Part shown: positions 54,512-64,000 of the stretch, one piece after another
Numbering within the stretch: position 1 is the stretch's first letter
Layout of the letters: each line of letters starts with the position of its first letter
Source: Eledone cirrhosa
Taxonomy: Eukaryota
DNA length: 64,000 bases
NCBI GenBank assembly: GCA_964016885.1
Contig: OZ024740.1
Location: 187,054,001-187,118,000, forward strand
Reading direction: 5' to 3'
Program-made: the position numbers and the translations under genes
Notes under the pieces: generated by a model
Database searches by the model: none
What the model saw: only the letters and a program-made list of their open reading frames with translations
Told to the model about the DNA's origin: nothing

Positions 54512-56244
54512 ATATACATATATATATATATATCTATATATATAGATATATATATATATATGAAAACAGGGAGAAAGAGACGATTATTAGGAAGAAAATA
54601 TATTTTTTTTCCTTTTTTGTTTCTCTCTCTCTCTTTTCTGGGTTAGAAAATGATTAAAACAAAATGTTTTACTTTATGTGAAGTGTTAAGGTATTAGTTG
54701 ATTTATTTATTATTTAACAATGGCATTTATTTATCTATTTATACATTTAATTATTGTCTATTACCTGTTTCAGCATTTTTATGCATTATCAAATGATAGT
54801 GAAATGTATTAGTGTGGTGTCGCATATATATATATGTGTATGTATATATATATATATATATATATACATACACATATATATATATATACATACATACATA
54901 TGATTTTTTTTTTGTAATAATAATAATAATGATAACGATGATGGGGATAATAATGAGCCTGTTATTAGTTTTCCATTGTTATGGGGCCAACAACAGCAAT
55001 GGATTGCAGCCAATTCTCTTGGCAGATTTTTTCACTACATATGAGGTTACAAATTTTCCATCATCATACAAGCCATTATTTCATACTTTGCTCCAAACAG
55101 CTCCAGTATTATCTAATCCCTCTACTTAGATTCCGTCCAAGCACTCAAATTCTGATAGCATTTTGATTATTTTTACCTTAGGTAATGTTAAATTGCTTAT
55201 GAATGGTATTTTTCACAATCTCAGTGCTTACAGTTTAGGCAAATTGGTCGAAGATTTAGTATTATCTAAGAATACAGAATGGTTTCACTTATTTCTTTTT
55301 CTGCCTTGCAGAAATGATCTCTACCTACGATCATCATCATCATCACCATTATTATGAAAATCATCACCACCCCCATCTACCACCATCAACATTATAACCT
55401 CTTCACTGACACAATATTCACAGGTCTTGAAATGTAGATAAAATATGCCTGGAAGAAATTTCTTTCAATATTCTGAGCATCTCAAACAATACAGTACACA
55501 TCACTTCTTATTCTGATATGACTCTAGTGATGAGAACTGCAATGCTTTTCTATTTTATCAGCACAGCATCTATGTGATATATATATGTCTGTACATTTCT
55601 GTTGGAAACAAGAAATCTGGCAAGCTTCTTCAAATTTTTGTACTTAATTCTAATAGATAGTATACTTTTATCCTTTTACTGGTTCCAGTCATTGGACTAA
55701 GGCCATGCTGAGGCACCAATGATCTCTATTTGTCAAACTACTAAATTACAGAACATAAACAAACTATAGTGTAAAGATTGACACAAGGAGACACTCATGC
55801 AAACATATAGGATAGGCTTCTGAATAGTTTCTATCTATGAAATCCATTTACAAGGCATTAGCCAACACAACTAAACTTGCCCAAAAGACCACACAGTGTA
55901 ATTGAACCATATTGTGAAGATATTTTTGTATCTACACAGCCATGTTCAACATCATCATCATTTATATGCCTACTTTTGCATATTAAGGTGAGTTGAAGAG
56001 GACTTTGTGAGCTAGTATTTTATAGCTCATGCAAACATATAGGATAGGCTTTCTTCATACCAAATTTATATATTGCCTTATATAAAATATATTAATATGG
56101 AGTACCTACTTTGAAAACTGGAAAATGCACATATTCAAAATAAATGTTTTTTGACCAACTTAATTTCACACACTTAGTTGTGAGTAATATAATCATTGTA
56201 CTATATGCAGTAAAAGTGGAAATCCAAATGACAGTGATATATAT

Positions 56245-57527
56245 CCCCCACACCCTTGGCCCACTCCACAATTAATAATACTAACACCCCCTATCACATG
56301 TGCACCCACACCCTCAACAATCACACACCCACCAGTACATATATACACTCACTCACACTAATCACACACACTACTACCACCACTAACCCACACCCACACA
56401 TCCACTAATAATACTAAACATCCCCCAACCCACCTTCCCCCCTCATCACACACACACAACCCACACACCATCACGCATACATTCACCCATACCCACTCAC
56501 ACCCGCATTCAACCCCACCCACCACTAATAATACTAACACCCACTCTACCACAAACACACACACACCAGTACATTACACTCCCTCCTACAGTCCCCAGCA
56601 GCATCTCTCTCTCTCCCCGCACTACCCCCCCACACACACACATCCCACTAACACCTCCACTAATATACACACTAACCCCCCACACCACCACCCTCTCCCT
56701 CAACCTTTCACACATACCCATTCCCTCCCCTGTCCATCGCACCTCCTCACACACATACACACATTCCACACCACATACAGACCATTTCTAACACCTGTCC
56801 ACCTCCTCCCTACACTGCCTGCGTCTCACCTTCCTACTGCTATCTCCTTCCTCCCTCCCACTTCCTTTCCCTGCCTTGACCCTCTGACCACTTCCTAATG
56901 CAAGCGCACCCCACAACTCTCAACTTCTTCAATACTATACCAAGGATTTTACACCACCGGTCCACCGTTCCAGGCATCCACCCTGCTATACTCAGAATTT
57001 TCAACATCCATTCCTACACTCCACGGAAAAACATCCAGGAACACATACAAACACTTACACTATTTTCGCACCACATAACCATACATCCACACCACACAAT
57101 GCGAATCCTCACATACACACACTCAGCATCCAGACTCCACACGCCCCCTCTCCATCCACAAGCACACACACACTGACTTACACCCAACCCCATGTGTACA
57201 CACTGGTTTCCCTATTACCCGAACATGGAACCTCGTTCTTCCCCAAACTCTCACATCTACATCCACACACACACACACGTACATCTACACACATACCAGC
57301 TTCTGCCCGCCCCGCTCGGAGCCTCTGTCTCCCTCTCCCCCTCCCTCCACCCACCACCACCCCTACACTCCTCACACCCTCGGAACGCTTTTCATGCCCA
57401 CTTAACTCCTGATGAAGGGCTTATGCTCGAAACGCCATCCCCCCATTCTCAAGCGTGAACCTAATATTAGCACTTTGTACTGCCTCTTCACATCGTTTTT
57501 GTTTTTTGTTTTCTGTTTTAACTATAA
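56245..57527 (+). mobile_element. C/A-rich low-complexity element ending in an HHR-like motif and (TA)n; probably PLE-derived
   Basis: CTGATGA-A-GGGC(TTAT)GCTC-GAAACGC...GCGT at 57409..57456. Helix I and the cleavage site are not canonical. Confidence 0.5.
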
Positions 57528-57753
<226 letters not shown>

Positions 57754-58082
57754 GGAGGCACATGGCTTAGTGGTTAGAGCATTGGCCTTGCAATCGAAAG
57801 GTTGTGAGTTGAAATCTCAGACCGGGTGATGTGTTGTTTCCTTGAGCAAGACACTTTATTTCACATTGCTCCAGTTTACTCAGCTGTAGAAATGAGATGA
57901 TAGGGACTGGGGTCCATATCATTCCACTGCAAAGTGGTCGTGGAGGTGCCACGGCAAAAAAACACCCAGCACTCACTGTAAATGAGGTTGGTGTTAGGAA
58001 GGGCATCCAGCTGTAGAAATCAAGCCAGAATCAGTTCCCGTCCCACCCTTGCAAGCAGGGAAAAAGCGGACGTAAAATGAAA
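57754..58082 (+). mobile_element. tRNA-derived SINE, family B, full length
   Basis: Head GGAGGCACATGGCTTAGTGGTTAGAGC, middle CCTTGAGCAAGACACTTT, tail GTTAGGAAGGGCATCCAGCTGTAGAAA...GGACGTAAAATGA. Confidence 0.85.
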
Positions 58083-58411
58083 TAAAATAAAAAAATATAT
58101 ATAAACAAGAAGTGTAAGTTAACAGGTTAAAATGAAGTCTCTATCAAACAGGCCTATGATCAAGAGCATTCCAGCCCTGACCATCCCACCTTTATTATTA
58201 TTATTATTATTGGATTGGCAGATCCGGTAGAGGGTCGGACACCATGCTTTGACGCATAGAGTTACAGCCTTTGCCATTCTGAGTTCAAATAACGCCCTGG
58301 TTAACTTTGCCTTTCATCCTTACAAGGTAGATAAAATAAAGTACCAGTAATATACTGGTAATTTTCTGGCTTTGTGCCAAAAAGTAGAAACAATTATTAT
58401 TATTATTATTG

Positions 58412-59468
58412 TTCTTTGAGTCTCAGTCATTGATGTTATTTAACTGGAAAGTTTGTTGAAATGAATATCAAGCCACTACCTGCAGCCTCATATATTCAGG
58501 ACGTATCGGAGGGTTCTTGCTGTTCCCAGAAAGCATGCCTTTTGAAGTGTTCCAAAAAGCGGGACGGGACCAATTTTCTTTAACCATCCTTGGAAACTCT
58601 TTGAGATTGTACCTAGTGCGCCTATGACAATCGGGACCACTTTGACTTCATGGCAGTTCCAAATCCTTTTTACCTCCCACTTTAAGTCCTGGTATCGGTT
58701 AATTTTCTCCCTCTCTTGCACTCTCGTGTCGAATGGGCAGGCCACATCCACAATTAGGCACGATCTTTTTTCCTTGTCCAAAACCACCAGGTCAGGTCTA
58801 TTGTGTTCCAGTTTCTTGTCCGTCTGTATCCTAAAATCCCACAGCACCTTCATCTGATCGTTTTCTATCACCGACTCTGGCTTATGCTCATACCACTTCT
58901 CAGAATGTGGTAAATTGTTTACTTTGCATAGGTGCCAGTGGATCACCCTGCCCATCACATCATGTCTCCAGCCTTTATAGTGAGTCTGGGCTAGGTGTTT
59001 ACACTCTGATACAATGTGAGCCACAGTCTCCTCTCTCCACAGATCCTACACAGTGGGCTAGCCTCCTCCTTGTAAATATGGTGTTTCAGCCATTTCGTTT
59101 TGAGGGCCTGCTCTTGCGCAGCCATTAGCATTCCTTCTGTAGCCTTTTTAAGGTCTCCTCTTTTCAACCAGTTCCATGTCTGTGGATCTCTAAATTGAGT
59201 TTTCTCAAAGAAAGTACTATGAAGGGATTTTTCATGAAGGTTGCTCATTCTCCTTGTTGTTATTTCCTCCTTGGACATCCCCTGGTCTATTGTCCTCTCC
59301 TTCAGTACAATTCTGAGCATTGGCTTCCTACTATCAGTCACGTATTTGTGTAGGTCGTTTTTCTCCAACTGAACACTGTCCTCTATGCTGATAAGACCTC
59401 TTCCACCTTCAGATCTCCTTAAGTAGAGTCTATCGACATCACTCCTCTTGTGGAACATGTTGTAGATA
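58412..59468 (-). mobile_element. R4/Dong-like RLE non-LTR retrotransposon 3' fragment flanked by (TAA)n
   Basis: DVDRLYLRRSEGGRGL, AAQEQAL, CRICG..HIVSEC zinc knuckle, RHD, NRPDLVV..IVDVACPFD..REKINRYQDL (PD..D/ExK). One frameshift near 59020. Confidence 0.88.
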
Positions 59469-59933
59469 TTATTATTATTATTATTATTATTATTGTTTTC
59501 CTTTTCCTTCAGTATTGTTTCTGATATATGCTGAATTATTATTAATATTATTATTATTCAAAGTCCTCCCTGTAAACTGGTCGTGTTAGTGACATTTCAA
59601 AAACCACCTAGTCCACCTTCTAAAGTGGACATGTTAATGACATGAAAAAAAAGCACCCAGTCTACAATAGAAGTTGTTGTTTTGGTGCGATAATAAAAAG
59701 CACCCAATCCACACTGTAAATGTGGTTGGCGTTAGGAAGGCATCTAGCCATAGAAACAAAGCCAGAAATAGTTCTGCATGAGCAAAACATGGTCACTTGA
59801 TATGACTTGTTTTACAACAGATGTCCATCTGCTAGCATGGCAGATGGACATTAAACAGTGATGAATATATATATATATATCCAAACCCATGCAAGCGTGG
59901 AAGATGGACGTTAAACGATGATGATGATATATA

Positions 59934-59987
<54 letters not shown>

Positions 59988-61659
59988 CACATGCACATAC
60001 ATACGCATATACATAGTATAACCTGTCAGGTGGTTGGAAGAGCATCCAGCCATAGAAAAATTTCCAAACAAAAGGTTGTGAGGAATCTTCAGTTGTGCTA
60101 AACATATGACTGCCTGCCTTGTATTGGTACCATGAAAAAATGCAAAAAGTCCACTTTGTGAGTACGTGTGAGTGAGATACAGCTCCCTAGACATCCTAAG
60201 ATACCAAGAACCCTAATAAAGTACTTACTGGGTTTGTGACAGCCCAGTCAAGCCTTGCTAGTGGATAACATGATAATGATGATGATATGAGTGTATGTGT
60301 GTGATAGAGATATATACATACACCCACATGAAGATATTTGAGGGAGGCTTATTTAATTGCATACAGAAATAATTTCAATAGGAGTTAAAGAAGAGAAGGT
60401 TAAATAGGGACCTATTTAATTTCTGCAAGGTATTTTATGCAACTCTCTACCAATTCTGCAATCCAAAGCCATTAAAAACAATATCTATCATTTTCTTAAA
60501 TCACAATGATAATTTTGTAAAGAAGAAAATACATAAATGTGTGTGTGTGTACGTACATATATATATATATGTGTGTGTGTATATGTGTGTGTGTGTGTAT
60601 ATACATATATACACACATACACATGCATCTCCCATATATATATATACACACACACCCACACAGATGCATACCCCATATATAAATATGTGTATATATGGAA
60701 GGGGATGAATGTGTATTTAACGTTAATTGTTTATGCTGTTGTGGTGATTTGTTTGTTTTTGCTTTATTCCCAAAATATTAATTTCACTGGAATAAATAAT
60801 GTCATAATTAGATTGTGTTCCAGATTCTGATTACATTTTAATCTGCTCTCATCATATTTACAGAAAATTTTTTTTTAAATACATATAAATACATATATAA
60901 TGGCAATAAATATAATTGAATTTAATATATCCATGCACATAAGGTGTGTGGGGTAGATATGGACTCCATAAATTGCAGGAAAGGCAACTTGTCATGGAGA
61001 GCAGTCTCGCTGAATAAATTATATTGCACTACAAAGATATAGGTTCAGTAACTCACACAGAGCAGCCCAACTAGGAGAGCAGTCACTCTGGATAAAGAAG
61101 TCTACTCAGGGTGTATGTGGGCTCAGTATGTCCTGGGGAAGGCAACCCATCTAGGAGAGCAAATAGTCTAAATAAAAACTGATAGAGAGGAGCAGGCTTG
61201 TAAGTCCAGATAAACAACCTCTCCAATTCTGGTGGCATGAAGAATGCCCCAGTCCATGCTAAAGTGGTTGGTGATAGGAAAGGCATCTGGCCAGAAAAAA
61301 CATCGCTCCCTGCTAAATTATAAAAAGCACAACACACACATAAGTATAATTGTGTGGGTAGTGTACACAATAATATATTAATATAGATTTATTGTCAGAA
61401 GAAATAATAAAACACTGTTTATCTCTTGGGTAAAAATATATGAAAATTTAGTTGTTTTAAAATGGTAGTCATAGACATATATATGAATGCATTTCTGAAT
61501 AGAAGTAATAAGCACAACATCTGTCACCCACACATACACACACCATCAGACAAACCCATGGAAATATATCATACACATCATCTTCATAATTTTTATGCTT
61601 GTTTTCCCAAAATCATATCAGTTAGATGAGTTCACTGTACACCATCACATCACATATCT

Positions 61660-62495
61660 CTAATACTTTAAATATGATACGATGGCCAAAGATGGGCTCT
61701 CAGCATAATCACAACCATTCACACTGGTGGCAGGTATACCCATGCCTTATCTTTGGACACTTTTATTTCTCTGCTGCAATTATTTGTGCCTGCTTGTACC
61801 ACAAGTGCAAGAAGGAGGACTTATTTCCAAGCCAAGCTTTGTAAGCCTTCTTCTTTGCTTGGATAGCATCTTTGATTTATTGATTGAACCAAAGTGTCCT
61901 CCTGCCATCTGGCACCACACCAAGCCTCTTTCACCTGCATCATTTAACAGCTAAAATAGAAACTGCTGAACTGAACAATCTCCACTCGGTCTCAACATCC
62001 TCAGTTTGCTCAGGGAGTTCTCTGAATTTGGATGCAATAGTATCTGCACACCTGGCCCTGACTTCCTTATTCATCAATGCTTGCTACTTTAGCCTGTAGG
62101 TCAACCTTGACCTGTTAGTTTTGTGGGCTTCTTTGGCTTTAGGTAGTCCCAAGTTGCAGATAACTAGATGGTGATCAGTCGATAGCTCAGCCCCTCTCTT
62201 AACGTGAACATCCAGCACAGAATCGAAGAGATCAGAGACAATAATAAAATCAATTATTGATCTCTGTCCCTGATTCCCTTTATACCATGTATATTTATGG
62301 ATGTCTCTGTGCTGGAGGATGTTGTTCATAATAGAGAGTCCATTGCTAGAACAGAAGTCTAATAAGGCCTCTCCATTTATATTTAGATTGGGGTTGTTAT
62401 TCCTTTCAATCATTCTTTTCCGTGTCAGATAGTCAGTGCCAACATGTGTATTGAAGTCTCCCATCAGGATATATGATTTAGTCTTAACCACATCT
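61660..62495 (-). pseudogene. RTE-like LINE endonuclease/linker relic
   Basis: GDFNTHVG, IIDFIIVS, ELSTDHHLV. Confidence 0.8.
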
Positions 62496-63420
62496 AATGC
62501 TGCAGTGATTTAATCAAGGATGGACCTGCATTCGGACTCCTTGTTTGGTGCCTAAACTTGCACCACCCACAGAGAACGGGTTGCAGGTGGAGGATTGCTC
62601 TACAGCCACCAGATATGATGGCTTGTTGCAATATAAGCACGCATCTGCCGGATAAGCAACCTTGGACCAATAGCTGTAAACTACTTACTAGGGGAGTTGA
62701 AGCAATGGGTGACACATGTAGCTCCCAAGAAAATGCTCACAACCCAGAGGCTAGTAAAGGCCATCTCTAAAAAGCCTAGTCTTCGTGGGTTTGACAAAAT
62801 ACCAGATTGGTGACTGGCATGAATATGACCACTGAATCAGAAACTGCAACAAGATTAGGAAAACAATGTGCTATGTACTGGATCCTGTTAGGAGGGAGAA
62901 TTTGCCTCTTGAAGCTTATACTGAAAGATAGGTCTCACATATCCTTCTAGCAAAATTAATAGTTAATATGAAGTGTGAAAATATGGAAGAAGAGATTAAA
63001 ATGGAATGGCAGAGACTATGAAACATAATGTAGAAGATTCACAGAAATATTACATGAAATAATCTAAAGGTGAGGAAAATAGTTCTGTAAATGTGTGTGC
63101 GTGTGTGTATGTATGTGCCAGTATACATACAATACCTCTATATATTTATTTTACTATAGAATATATCAAATTATTTATATAAGTAGCTGGAAAACTGAAG
63201 TATTTTCAAGATCATATATGCATGTATTGAGAAATATATTTATATATATTGAGAAGTGCGCTAGCAGCCAAAGTGTATGATAAAGTTATATCTGTATAAA
63301 TACAGAGTTTTAACTGAGACTGCACCAATATATATAAATATATATACCTAGCTAACATGTAGAAGATCGAGAATTGTGTAAAAGTATGTCAAGCTTTTTA
63401 AATGGATGGAGAGGATATGT

Positions 63421-63650
63421 GAAGGCATGTGGCTTAATGGTTAGGGAATTGGATTCACAATTGTGAGGTTGCAAGTTCAATTTTCGGGTCATGTGATGCA
63501 TTGTGTCCTTGATCAAAACATTTCATGTTGCTCTTTCTGCCACGAGTTGCGACCTGTAGATATTATTAGCAATGGAAACATTGTTTCCTTAGTTGACTCT
63601 GACAAGTTATACTGCACTCATTAACTGAATAAAGTATGTTGTTCAATTCC
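63421..63650 (+). mobile_element. Diverged tRNA-derived SINE
   Basis: GGCATGTGGCTTAATGGTTAGGG...AAGTTCAATT...TGTGTCCTTGA. The 3' part resembles 42848..42890. Confidence 0.6.
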
Positions 63651-64000
63651 ATAATGTTTAAAGGGTGTAGTTTTAGATGATTAATTATTTTGGAGTTAAT
63701 AAAATTAGAAATTCACTGCACTACAACTAATATGTTAATCATTTATGTACTAGCCACAGCTCATCAGAAACCAGATATTTAGGATGATTGTGGTCAAATG
63801 AAGTTTATTCTCTTAATGCAAGTTCATGTGAGTTCATTTCAGTTTTAATTTTGTGTTTATTGGTAATCTAAGGTTGTTATATTTTGTTGTTGGATAGGGT
63901 TGTGTAAACAAAAATATCCATCAACCACTTTTCTAAATAAAATCATACACAAAACGCCAGCAGCAACAATTTTGCAAGAAATGTCAGCATAAATGGACCT

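Noticed and set aside
57754-57830. tRNA gene candidates (also 33630..33700, 11386..11475 and 63421..63490)
   Set aside because: A and B boxes are present but run straight into SINE bodies with no complete cloverleaf; these are SINE heads.

Overview
AT-rich, microsatellite-dense eukaryotic DNA with no supportable host gene. The (TA)n/(TACA)n/(CAT)n content and SINE/RTE repertoire resemble an octopus or other cephalopod genome; this is an inference, not verified. The window holds one RTE-clade LINE with an uninterrupted ~1060-aa ORF2 (APE endonuclease, RT, and a PHD-type finger inserted inside the RT). It also holds several decayed LINEs (RTE, CR1-like, R4/Dong-like, Ingi/Vingi-like), Penelope-like element (PLE) fragments with GIY-YIG domains, a mariner relic, a hAT MITE with a perfect 8-bp TSD, and two tRNA-derived SINE families. 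The most notable signal is a set of short non-coding fold-back elements next to (TA)n tracts, each built as two 3' ends joined head-to-head with a one-sided tail. By eye I count about 15 type I hammerhead ribozyme (HHR) motifs from about 7 unrelated sequence families, most of them inside these fold-backs. They include a U3-A8 covariant core and a multicopy family whose six copies all carry a non-canonical U4A core. All folds were derived manually; no searches were run.
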